DNA of 64,000 nucleotides from an uncultured Acidobacteriaceae bacterium (GTDB taxonomy: Bacteria; Acidobacteriota; Terriglobia; Terriglobales; Acidobacteriaceae): the NCBI GenBank assembly GCA_963815025.1, contig CAWFFD010000001.1, positions 1,781 to 65,780 of the forward strand, given 5' to 3'. The notes below the pieces were generated by a model. That model saw only the letters and a list, made by a program, of their open reading frames with translations. It ran no database searches and was not told the origin of the DNA. This document shows positions 24,701 through 33,031 of this stretch, one piece after another; the stretch's first letter is position 1, and every line of letters starts with the position of its first letter. The translations under genes and the position numbers were made by a program.

Positions 24701-25304
24701 AAGGCAGCGCCGCGCCGCCGGTGTCCCCACCTGCGGCGATCGCGCCCAGAGCGCCCGCCATCAGGCCCAGGTTCTGCGCGCCTTGCCCCCCGAGGTATTG
24801 GCGAGCCCCCGCGCCACCACCGCTCTGACCCGCTCCGCGGCGTGTCTCTGCCTGCTCGATCTGTTGCTGGCGCGATGCCAGAAGCAGCGAAAAGTCCGTC
24901 TGCGGCGCCGCGCTGCCACCGTGCAGCAGCACCTCTTTGGTCGATCCGGCGAAGGCCGCGAAGTCGGCTCGCACCACATAGCGCCCGTCTTCGTCGATAT
25001 GGAGAGTAAATGCGCCACGGCTATCCGTTGCGGTTACGTATTGCTTGCCCGTCAGCGTGTTCTTCGCCGTAACGGCAACGCCCGGCAGCGGCGTCTGGCC
25101 GGACTTGATCACGCCCGCAATCGTTCCGCCGGCAGCGGACGACACAGAGGCGTCAGTCTGCGCCTGCTGCAGGATCATCGGGAGAGCGGGCGTCGCCGTC
25201 TGTAGCTGCTCGACCGGAGAAACAATCTCGATCTGGCTCCAGCCGCACAACGGCGTCATCAGCAATCCAGCCATCAAAGCCGCAAAGTAGCGGATACGCT
25301 TCAT
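21792..25304 (-). CDS. CarboxypepD_reg-domain / TonB-dependent-receptor-like outer-membrane beta-barrel protein
   Basis: Signal peptide MKRIRYFAALMAGLLMTPLCGWSQ, then a CarboxypepD_reg pattern (GTIAGVIKSGQTPLPGVAVTAKN...GRYVV). A long beta-rich region ends in IARFRY (aromatic C-terminus). Start 25304 forms ATGA with the upstream stop. Confidence 0.85.
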   Translation of the reverse strand: MKRIRYFAALMAGLLMTPLCGWSQIEIVSPVEQLQTATPALPMILQQAQTDASVSSAAGGTIAGVIKSGQTPLPGVAVTAKNTLTGKQYVTATDSRGAFTLHIDEDGRYVVRADFAAFAGSTKEVLLHGGSAAPQTDFSLLLASRQQQIEQAETRRGAGQSGGGAGARQYLGGQGAQNLGLMAGALGAIAAGGDTGGAALPSAAGNSDVSTESVTVTGQSGTTNPFAGVNMDQMRDNLENMQQQQTLAQVPGQRQSGGNFAGFGGGGPGGAGPGGGGGFGGGRGGGRGGGGFGGGGGRGFNFRHMNPNKPHGALFWQGGNSLFDAKDFALRGQDEPQPAYNSNRFGAIIAGAPYIPHVLENDTKDFFFLSLIGNHSSSPFDNYGTVPDTELRGGNFAGQPTIYDPSTGLPFPNNAIPPQRISPQANALLNYVPLPNLTTTNRQNYQRLTSATTNTTTVGARYMRSFGGGTAFSNVLRQFTGASSPGLHQSINANFNYSHTGADEVNLFPDLGGKQQTHQYSLQLGYTIGVGRLTNNLTGNLNRSNSQLSNFFTNKEDVATNLGINVLSGAAASPLNYGLPSVTLVQFSGLNEEQPSFQTNQTLGVSDSSTWVHGKHNVKFGGDYKRIDLSMIGQTNSTGTFVFTGLATQQPGSSGTSGTGTNGGNGQAGTGSSLADLLLGLPQQTTLQAAYQKAYLRANIYDAFLQDDWRVRANFTVLAGLRYEYFSPYSEKDGRLATIDPSADFSQVAPVLAGGVGKYTGRYPKTLIYPDRDDFSPRVGFAWKAFRNTVVRGGYGVNFANGQYISFIQNLAFQPPFADVQTNQATQATPGVPACTTYWAICLANGFSTIPQAAGNYSVNKNYRLPYVQVWNLDIQRTMPGGIVLNVGWNGAKGTRLDVLTAPGRNADSSLSGVYYNYSNSIGFSNFNAGTIRLRRRLQSGVALGATYTYSHAIDDASAIGGNGGTTAVVAQNWQNILAEESNSSFDVRHNLKGDFLYEFPFGPDAHFLSSGNWLSHGLANVSFSGTFAFATGEPLTPRFVANTQDVARGSTGSLRPNRIPGVSLTAGGGKLDRWFNTDAFSSDLAPGQVYGTASRYSIPGPGTLTFDASLSKTIRLGEMRNLELRGTADNILNTVQYAGVDTSLGSSTYGQITSAAPMRTFVLIARFRY

Positions 25305-25996
25305 CGGCCCTCGGACCCGGCGTCGAGCCATGGTTCATGTCCCTTCAAATCGAAAACGGTGAGAGTCGTGGCAGTGAAAGTGCCGTTCATCACATGGCCC
25401 TCGGCGCGAAAGCCCTCGCCCGGCCGCAGGTCCGCCAGCGTTACCGAATCGTGTTTCTCCCGGAATGAAGTATTTTCATCCACCGCTATCTTTTGCTCCA
25501 CGCCATCCAGCCGTTGTGTCTCAATTTTGGTCCCGGTAATTGCCGTGATCTTTCCCGCCGTCCACGTCTTGCCCAGGCCCTCGCGCGCCTTGCGTACCTC
25601 TTCAGACGGGATATCGATCAGGATCGCTGCGCCAACCGTCTTTTTCTTCGCATCCACGTTGCCGGCGGCAAAAATCATGTCACCCGTCTGTATCTCGCTC
25701 GCGCGGATCGCGTCGCGCCCCTTCATCAACCGTGTATTCACGCCGTAGAGCACCTTCCACGGCTGGCCGCTATCGGTCTTTACTGCAAAGCTGCCATCGT
25801 TCTTTCCCGTAGACGCTGCTGAAACCACCGTGCCCCGGAGCGTGTTCTCGCGGGAGAACTGTGCCCAACCCTGATCGTCGGCATCCTGCGCTCTGGCCTG
25901 CCGTCCGGCAGAGACGGCAAACACCGCCATTAGGACACCTGCAACAGCCAAAGCAAGACCCCGGCCCCAGCGACTTACTTGTAAAGCATCCGGCAT
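25301..25996 (-). CDS. Secreted protein with two DUF5666-like beta-domain repeats, hypothetical
   Basis: Start at ATG 25996 gives MPDALQVSRWGRGLALAVAGVLMAVFAVSAG (signal peptide). Two similar GT(V/I)...TG.KI... modules follow. The family name is tentative and the start is uncertain (the ORF opens at 26146). Confidence 0.55.
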   Translation of the reverse strand: MPDALQVSRWGRGLALAVAGVLMAVFAVSAGRQARAQDADDQGWAQFSRENTLRGTVVSAASTGKNDGSFAVKTDSGQPWKVLYGVNTRLMKGRDAIRASEIQTGDMIFAAGNVDAKKKTVGAAILIDIPSEEVRKAREGLGKTWTAGKITAITGTKIETQRLDGVEQKIAVDENTSFREKHDSVTLADLRPGEGFRAEGHVMNGTFTATTLTVFDLKGHEPWLDAGSEGR

Positions 25997-26175
25997 AGGA
26001 AAATCGAAGAGGTAGCCTCCCGAAGGGGTCGCCTGCTTAGACGAGAATACGGGATCAAAGGACGCCATTCGCCCATATCGCAGCCCCATTTGATCTGCTC
26101 GAACCTCCTCTGAACCGGGACGGATTTCCGCTTTCCCGCGGCGCATCTCCGGGAAACCTGCTCTACACTCCCGCC

Positions 26176-26886
26176 ATGGCCAGTTCTCCGGCAGTCGACC
26201 ACCACCATGAAACCCATTTCCAGTCCGGGGATACCGTCCGCGACATTGTCATCGGCATGGCGGACGGCCTCACCGTGCCCTTTGCGCTCGCCGCCGGTCT
26301 CTCCGGCGCCATCAGTTCCCTGCACATCATCGTGCTCGCCGGACTGGCGGAGATCGCCGCCGGGGCCATTGCCATGGGATTGGGTGGCTATCTGGCAGCG
26401 CGCGGCGATGCCGAGCACTACCGCAACGAACGCCTCCGCGAAGCACGCGAAGTGGTGGAACGCCGCCAGGATGAAGAAGAGGAGATCTATCAGGTTTTTA
26501 ACGCCTACGGCGTCGAGCGCCACGAGGCCGCGCCCGTGCTGGCTGCGCTCCAGCGCAATCCGTCGGCCTGGGTGGACTTCATGATGCGCTTTGAACTCGG
26601 TCTGGAAGAGCCGCAGGCCGGCCGCGCACTGCGCAGTGCGTTAACCATCGCCGGTGCATATGTCCTGGGCGGCCTTGTTCCTCTGCTGCCCTATATGCTA
26701 GGTTCCGTCCATACCGCGCTTCCCGCATCGGTCGGCATCACCCTCCTGGCCCTGCTGCTCTTCGGCGCGGTCAAAGGCCGCATCACAGGCGCGGGCGCGG
26801 TACGCAGCGGATTGCAAACCGTCATTATCGGTGGGCTGGCCGCGGCTGCCGCCTTCGGTCTGGCGCGCCTGCTGAGCGCCCCTTGA
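26176..26886 (+). CDS. VIT1/CCC1-family iron/manganese transporter
   Basis: DIVIGMADGLTVPFALAAGLSGA, a central acidic helix region and a hydrophobic C-terminal half; 236 aa. Confidence 0.85.
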   Translation: MASSPAVDHHHETHFQSGDTVRDIVIGMADGLTVPFALAAGLSGAISSLHIIVLAGLAEIAAGAIAMGLGGYLAARGDAEHYRNERLREAREVVERRQDEEEEIYQVFNAYGVERHEAAPVLAALQRNPSAWVDFMMRFELGLEEPQAGRALRSALTIAGAYVLGGLVPLLPYMLGSVHTALPASVGITLLALLLFGAVKGRITGAGAVRSGLQTVIIGGLAAAAAFGLARLLSAP

Positions 26887-27288
26887 ACCGTCTTCCACTC
26901 GATATCGGGTCTGCCGCAACCATCCCCACTACGTCGGGTAACGAACAATCGGCTGTTCCCCTGGTTACCAATTCTTAGAGTCCGTCACCTACCCCTTGTG
27001 CATCCATAGGTGTGGTGCGTAAAGCATTTTTCTGTACGGATAGAGCAGGCCACAGAAGCTTATGTAGCCTTTCTTTAAGGAAAGGTCACGCCGAAATGGT
27101 CTCCGCTACCTGACAACTTCAGGAAAAAATGCGTTAGTGTACCCGGTTGTGATTTACTGCGTCACAATGTGCGACCGTACCGTTAGCAATTTTGTGACAA
27201 ACGAAATGCTAGGCTGTGCGAGCAACAGCGGGGCAGTTATCGCGCTCCAATTGCCAAGACACCCGAACCGTAAGGACGCACTGGATCA

Positions 27289-28659
27289 ATGTCAGCAGCA
27301 GTTACACTTAGCGCGCCCGGACTTCTGACCGCTTTCACCGCGACGCGCGGCCAAAGCCTCGCGCTGTGTACTCCGCTCACTCCGGAAGACATGATGGTGC
27401 AGAGCTGTCCCGAGGCCAGTCCCGCCAAATGGCATCTGGCCCATACCACCTGGTTCTTTGAAACTTTCATCCTGCGCGAATATCTTGCCGGCTACCAGCC
27501 CTTCCATCCTGACTTCCTCTGGCTCTTCAACAGTTATTACAATGAAGTCTCCGATCAGCCGGAGAAAAAGCTCCGTGCCTCCTTCTCGCGTCCCGGCATC
27601 GAGGCCATCCTCGCCTACCGCCAGCATGTGGAAGACGCCATCGCGACCCTCGACAAAGAAGGTCTGCCTCCCGAAGCAGCACAGCGTATCGAGTTGGGCA
27701 TCCATCACGAGCAGCAGCACCAGGAACTGCTCTGCTACGACATCAAGCACGCACTGTGGACGAATCCCCTGCATCCCGCATACGCACCCGGCGGCACATT
27801 CGCATCCGATGCTCCGCCATTGCGCTGGCTCAGCTTTGCAGGCGGCCTTGCCGAGATCGGTTACACCGGCGAAGATTTCGCCTACGACAACGAATCGCCA
27901 CGGCACACAGTGTTTCTCCAGCCCTTTGCGCTCGCCTCTCGCGCGGTCACATGCTCGGAATATCTCGCCTTCATGGAAGATGGCGGCTACACGCGTCCCG
28001 AGCTCTGGCTCTCGGAAGGCTGGGACACCGTGAATTCGCAGCAATGGAACGCGCCGCTCTACTGGCGTCGGCTCGACGAAAACGGACTCGACGAAAAGAA
28101 GACCGGCGGCGCGTGGATGGTCTACACCATGCGCGGACTCCGGCCGTTGAGCGAGATGGCCGCCACACCCGTCTGTCATGTGAGCTACTTCGAAGCCGAT
28201 GCCTTCGCCCGCTGGGCCGGCAAACGGCTGCCCACGGAAGCAGAGTGGGAGACCGCGGTCGCCCAGCAGTTGGCCGCCGTTCCCGCCAGCGCCAACCTGC
28301 TCGAGAGCGGCCAGTTGCATCCGATGGCCGCGCCTGGCGCTGATCTCGATCAAGTCTTCGGCGATGTGTGGGAGTGGACCCGCAGCGCTTACCTTGGCTA
28401 TCCCGGCTACCGCGCGCCCGCAGGTGCGCTCGGCGAATACAACGGTAAATTCATGTCCAGTCAGATGGTGCTGCGCGGCGGCTCCGCGGTCACACCTCGT
28501 TCCCACATTCGATCCACCTATCGCAATTTTTTCTCGCCCGCCGCGCGCTGGCAATTTGCGGGCTTCCGCCTGGCACAGGACCCATCGCAGGAATCCTCCG
28601 AGGCACGACCCATTCAGACACAAAACATCCCGACACGGGGGAAAGTCTTTTCCCAATGA
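27289..28659 (+). CDS. egtB: Ergothioneine biosynthesis sulfoxide synthase EgtB (DinB_2 plus FGE-sulfatase domains)
   Basis: AKWHLAHTTWFFETF, FNSYYN, GDVWEWT and VLRGGS...STYRNFF motifs; 456 aa. Confidence 0.92.
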   Translation: MSAAVTLSAPGLLTAFTATRGQSLALCTPLTPEDMMVQSCPEASPAKWHLAHTTWFFETFILREYLAGYQPFHPDFLWLFNSYYNEVSDQPEKKLRASFSRPGIEAILAYRQHVEDAIATLDKEGLPPEAAQRIELGIHHEQQHQELLCYDIKHALWTNPLHPAYAPGGTFASDAPPLRWLSFAGGLAEIGYTGEDFAYDNESPRHTVFLQPFALASRAVTCSEYLAFMEDGGYTRPELWLSEGWDTVNSQQWNAPLYWRRLDENGLDEKKTGGAWMVYTMRGLRPLSEMAATPVCHVSYFEADAFARWAGKRLPTEAEWETAVAQQLAAVPASANLLESGQLHPMAAPGADLDQVFGDVWEWTRSAYLGYPGYRAPAGALGEYNGKFMSSQMVLRGGSAVTPRSHIRSTYRNFFSPAARWQFAGFRLAQDPSQESSEARPIQTQNIPTRGKVFSQ

Positions 28660-29651
28660 ATGCAGTCACACTACCCCAGTTGCCGAATGCGGCATACACG
28701 CCTGTCGGCGCCGAGGTCTATCGCGGTCTCACCTCGAGGCCACGCACGATTTCTCCCTGGCTCTTTTATGACCAGGAGGGATCGAAGCTCTTCGAACAGA
28801 TCACCGAGCTCGACGAATATTACGTCACTCGCACGGAGCGCAATATCTTCCGGGCACACGCAGATGCCATCATCGCCGCGGCCTCAGCACCAACCGCCCA
28901 CGGTCTTGAACGCGACCTTACCGTGCTTGAAATGGGCGCGGGCACCGCTACCAAGACCGGGTTACTGCTCAGGGCAGCGGTCCGCCGTCAGGAAACCGTG
29001 ACCTACTGCGCCCTTGACGTCTCTGAGTCGGCGCTCCGCGAAGCCCGCCACAATCTGACCTCTGCCATCCCCGGCGTGGTCTTCGAGTCGCGCGTCGCGG
29101 ACTACACCAAGGGGCTCGGCGACATCCCTGCGGACGGCACGCGACGCCTGGTGCTCTACATCGGATCGAACCTCGGCAACTTCGAACCTGCCGAAGGCCG
29201 CGATCTGCTGCGCGACATCCGCAATCAGCTCACACCCGGCGACATGCTGCTGCTCGGTGTCGATATGGTCAAAGACATTCCCACCCTGATCGCTGCATAC
29301 GATGATCCCCGTGGAGTTACCGCAGCCTTCAACCGCAATGTGCTGGCGCGCATCAATCGCGAGCTCGGCGCCGACTTCGATCTGATGAAGTTCCGCCATA
29401 AAGTGCGGTGGAATGGAGAGCACTCCCGCATCGAGATGCACCTCGAAAGCCTCATGGCCCACGAGGTTTCCATCCCCTCCCTGGATCTCTCGCTCGACTT
29501 CCGGCGCGGTGAAACCATCCACACGGAGAGCAGCTACAAGTTCACTATCGACGGCGCGCATCACCTGCTCGCGCAGACCGGATTCACCGTAGTTGAGGAC
29601 TGGACCGATCCACAGCGCTGGTTCGGCGTCTTCCTCGCCCGCGTCCACTGA
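28656..29651 (+). CDS. egtD: L-histidine N(alpha)-methyltransferase EgtD
   Basis: WLFYDQEGSKLFEQITELDEYYVTRTE, GAGTATKT, AYDDPRGVTAAFNRNVLARINREL and SYKF. The start overlaps the egtB stop (ATGA). Confidence 0.93.
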   Translation: MNAVTLPQLPNAAYTPVGAEVYRGLTSRPRTISPWLFYDQEGSKLFEQITELDEYYVTRTERNIFRAHADAIIAAASAPTAHGLERDLTVLEMGAGTATKTGLLLRAAVRRQETVTYCALDVSESALREARHNLTSAIPGVVFESRVADYTKGLGDIPADGTRRLVLYIGSNLGNFEPAEGRDLLRDIRNQLTPGDMLLLGVDMVKDIPTLIAAYDDPRGVTAAFNRNVLARINRELGADFDLMKFRHKVRWNGEHSRIEMHLESLMAHEVSIPSLDLSLDFRRGETIHTESSYKFTIDGAHHLLAQTGFTVVEDWTDPQRWFGVFLARVH

Positions 29652-29784
29652 CGCATCACTCAACCATCAGCCGAGTGCCCCATTCTGGCAAAGCCAGTGT
29701 GGGGTAGCTTCCGGCCTGCGGGCGCGAAGCGCCCACCACTTCGCCCACCGCTTCAATGTCCGGGCATTCCACGCGTCGGCGCGT

Positions 29785-29913
29785 CGCAGGCTGTGTCATC
29801 CTGAGCGAGGCCGAAGGACCCGTAGTCTGCCGGCACAAACCATGACACCCAAAAGCGAGCGACCAAAGGAAGCGAGCCTCTCGGAATACGCCGCAGGCGT
29901 CTCCGCCCGTGCG
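29785..29913. repeat. Composite dispersed repeat, copy 6
   Basis: GTCATCCTGAGCGAGGCCGAAGGACCCGTAG...GAGCGACCAAAGGAAGCGAGCC...CGCCGCAGGCG...GCGGCAAGCACCG. Confidence 0.75.
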
Positions 29914-29948
29914 GCAAGCACCGTACACTCGATGGCGAGAACCTCCGC

Positions 29949-30435
29949 CATGCACATCCGCCTCGCGACTGGATCCGATGTTCCCGCCATCCTCACCCTG
30001 ATCCACGCGCTCGCTGTCTACGAACGCGAGCCCGATGCCGTGCAGCTTGGCGAATCCGAACTGCGCCGCGATGGCTTCGGGCCGCGACCGCTCTTCGAGT
30101 GCCTCATCGCCGACGACGACGGAGAAGCCGCGGGCTTTGCGCTCTACTTCCCCATCTACTCCACCTGGCGCGGTCCCAGCGTGCATCTGGAAGATCTGTT
30201 TGTACAGCCGGCGCATCGCGGCCGCGGCATCGGCAAGGCGCTTCTGGAACGCGTGGCCGCCATCGCGGTCGAGCGCGGCTGCACGCGGCTGCAATGGGAC
30301 GTCCTCGATTGGAACACGCCGGCGATCGACTTCTATCGCAGCACCGGGGCTGTGATGCTGGAGAGCTGGCGCATCATGCGGGTCACGGGCGCAGCGCTGG
30401 CGCGTCTCGCCAACTCGCGCACGGAAGCCACGTAA
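29949..30435 (+). CDS. GNAT family N-acetyltransferase (diamine acetyltransferase-like)
   Basis: Acetyl-CoA motif RGRGIGKALL and the overall GNAT pattern. Start at ATG 29949; the ORF opens far upstream across the repeat. Confidence 0.8.
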
Positions 30436-30476
30436 GCGATTACACTGCTCTGGTCTGTATTCGAAGGAGAAACACC

Positions 30477-32708
30477 GTGTCTCTGCGACCAGCCTCCGCA
30501 TTCCTCCTCGCCGCAGCATGCTTTGCCATACCCTCCGCCCGTGCTCAGTCCATCGAATACCGGGCCGATGCAAAGCTCTGGATCATCCAGGCCGGCGACT
30601 TCACCTATGCCATGGGAGTCGACGAGCGCAACTGGCTGCAGTCGCTCTATTGGGGTCCGCGCATCGACCTCGCCGAAGACTTCCACGCCGCGCATAGCCT
30701 GCCTGAGGTCGTATCGTTCGATCTTCCGACCACGACCACGCCGCAGGAGTACGCGGCCTGGGGCGCGGGTCTCTACACCGAGCCCGACCTGAAGGCCACC
30801 TTCGCCAGCGGCAACCGTGACGTCGTCCTTCAGTACGTTGATCAGCACCAGACGCACGACGCCAACAGCCAGACACTCGATATCACCATGCGCGACATCA
30901 AGCTGCCGCTCGTCGTGCACCTCTTCTATCGCGTCTACACCGGGCAGAGCGTGCTTGAGCGCTGGTCCACCATCGAGAATCAGACGAAGGAAGACGTCGT
31001 CCTCGAAGACGCGGCCAGCGCCACCTGGAGTCTTCCCAATCTGCAGAATCGCAACTATCGCGCCCACTGGCTCACCGGCCGCTGGGCCGGCGAATGGCAA
31101 CTGCAATCGGCGGCGCTTGATGTGGGCAGCCAGGTCATCGAGAGCCGGCGCGGTTCGACCAGCCATCAGGCCAATCCCTGGTTCGCCCTCGAAGGCCCCG
31201 ACGCGGGCTCAGGCGCCAATGACGAAGAGCACGGCCCCGTCTACTTCGGCGAGCTCGGCTGGAGCGGGAGCTGGCGCATCACCATGGAGCAGAGTTCATA
31301 CCATCAGGTTCGTATCACCGGCGGTTACAATCCCTTCGACTTCGGCTACCGCCTCGCACCCGGCGAGTCACTGACCACTCCGCCCTTCTACGGCGGCTTC
31401 ACTGACGGCGGCATGGGCGAGGCCTCGCGCATCCTGCACCGCTTCCAGCAAGGCGTCATCCTGCCCGGCGCACCGCACCCCAAGCTGCGCCCCGTCCTCT
31501 ACAACTCATGGGAAGCCACCGAGTTCAACGTCAGTGAGTCCAGCCAGATCGCGCTGGCCGAAAAAGCCGCGCAGCTTGGCGTCGAGCGTTTCGTGATCGA
31601 CGATGGCTGGTTCGGTCAGCGCAAGGACGATCACGCCGGCCTCGGCGACTGGTACGTCAACAAGCAGAAGTTTCCCAACGGCCTCAAGCCGGTGATCGAT
31701 CGCGTCCACCACCTCGGCATGGACTTCGGCATCTGGGTCGAACCTGAGATGGTCAACCCCGACAGCGATCTCTATCGCAAGCATCCCGAGTGGGCGATGA
31801 ACTTCCCCGGCCGCCCACGCACCGAAGGCCGCCATCAGCTCCTGCTCAACCTCGCGCGTCCCGACGTGATGGAGTACACCTATCACTGGCTCGATGAGCT
31901 GGTCTCCAACAACGACATCGACTTTCTCAAGTGGGACTACAACCGCAACTGGTCCGAGCCCGGCTGGGATGGCGTGCCCGTCGCCGACCAGAAGAAGATC
32001 TACGTCGCCTATGTTCACAACCTCTACGCCATCCTCGATCGTCTCCGCGCCAAGCATCCCAAACTCGAGATCGAATCCTGCTCCGGCGGTGGCGGCCGCG
32101 TCGACCTTGGCATCCTGCGCCGCACGGAAGAGGTCTGGCCCTCCGACAACACCGATGCGCTCGATCGTCTCTCTCTCCAGGATGGCTTCACCCACGCCTA
32201 CACCCCCGGCGTGATGATGGCCTGGGTCACCGATGCACCCAATCGCAAGACACCCCTCAAGTTTCGTTTCCTGGTCGCGATGGAAGGCTCGCTCGGCATT
32301 GGTGCGAACCTCAACAACTTCACACCGGAAGATATGACCACCGCGAAGGATCTGGTCGCGTTCTATAAGACCATCCGGCCCACGGTGCAGCAGGGCCTGC
32401 AGTACCGCCTCATCGCGCCCTCACGGCCGGGCGCACCCAGCGAGCGCGCCGCCACCGAATACGTATCAGCCGATGGCACACAAGCCGTTCTCTTCGCCTA
32501 TCTCCACTCGCAGAACTTCGGCGACCCCTACCCGCTCGTGCGCCTCCAGGGCCTGGATCCAAAGGCCATCTACAGTGTGCGTCCGCTGGACCCCAAACAA
32601 CTCACCTCCCAACAGGAAGCAAGCGGCAGCTACTGGATGGGCCACGGCCTGCAACTTGATTTGCAGGGAGACTACGACAGCACCGCCGTCGTGCTCGAGC
32701 GGCAATGA
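30477..32708 (+). CDS. Alpha-galactosidase, GH36 family
   Basis: DDGWF, KWDYNR and CSGGGGR motifs. GTG 30477 is preceded by GGAG and gives signal peptide VSLRPASAFLLAAACFAIPSARA. The ORF upstream of this point overlaps the GNAT gene. Confidence 0.85.
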   Translation: MSLRPASAFLLAAACFAIPSARAQSIEYRADAKLWIIQAGDFTYAMGVDERNWLQSLYWGPRIDLAEDFHAAHSLPEVVSFDLPTTTTPQEYAAWGAGLYTEPDLKATFASGNRDVVLQYVDQHQTHDANSQTLDITMRDIKLPLVVHLFYRVYTGQSVLERWSTIENQTKEDVVLEDAASATWSLPNLQNRNYRAHWLTGRWAGEWQLQSAALDVGSQVIESRRGSTSHQANPWFALEGPDAGSGANDEEHGPVYFGELGWSGSWRITMEQSSYHQVRITGGYNPFDFGYRLAPGESLTTPPFYGGFTDGGMGEASRILHRFQQGVILPGAPHPKLRPVLYNSWEATEFNVSESSQIALAEKAAQLGVERFVIDDGWFGQRKDDHAGLGDWYVNKQKFPNGLKPVIDRVHHLGMDFGIWVEPEMVNPDSDLYRKHPEWAMNFPGRPRTEGRHQLLLNLARPDVMEYTYHWLDELVSNNDIDFLKWDYNRNWSEPGWDGVPVADQKKIYVAYVHNLYAILDRLRAKHPKLEIESCSGGGGRVDLGILRRTEEVWPSDNTDALDRLSLQDGFTHAYTPGVMMAWVTDAPNRKTPLKFRFLVAMEGSLGIGANLNNFTPEDMTTAKDLVAFYKTIRPTVQQGLQYRLIAPSRPGAPSERAATEYVSADGTQAVLFAYLHSQNFGDPYPLVRLQGLDPKAIYSVRPLDPKQLTSQQEASGSYWMGHGLQLDLQGDYDSTAVVLERQ

Positions 32709-32739
32709 AGCAATGCGAAGGACCGGCACTTCAGAGTAG

Positions 32740-32758
32740 AGGCGCGCAGATCGCGCCT
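32740..32758 (+). terminator. Hairpin downstream of the GH36 gene
   Basis: AGGCGCG-cagat-CGCGCCT followed by GCGTTGTTGG. Confidence 0.35.
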
Positions 32759-33031
32759 GCGTTGTTGGCCGACCTGCAATCCTCACGCGCTCTCTGTCGC
32801 TTGGGTTACATTCCGGCGAGGCCGGCTGCTTGACGGGAAACAGACGAATCCGGCATCCTCCTCCTAGAAACATTCCTGAAACATTCCCCCAAAGGTCCCG
32901 CCACAGATCAAAGATTTCATTCTGCGAATCTGCAGAACCAGATCACACTGCTGCAACTTTTCTGCAAGGCTCTCGTCTACTCACGAACGTGGTCCAAAGT
33001 CCGTCTGAAGCTGAGCCATGAGGAAGAATCG

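Noticed and set aside
27292-28656. 454-aa minus-strand ORF exactly mirroring egtB; similar mirror ORFs at 14275-15657 (lhr), 54947-56491 (M3 peptidase), 56685-58394 (aroDE), 38384-39436, 5024-5875, 10036-10806, 28962-29663 and 58530-59408
   Set aside because: These are typical high-GC antisense open frames. They are Arg/Gly/Ala-rich, carry no recognisable motifs, and the opposite strand carries unmistakable conserved proteins with the correct GC3 bias.
30099-30476. Upstream extension of the GH36 ORF (869 aa from 30099) overlapping the GNAT gene
   Set aside because: The extension is Arg-rich, lies out of frame over a well-supported GNAT CDS, and lacks GH36 similarity. GTG 30477, with GGAG and a signal peptide, is a much better start.
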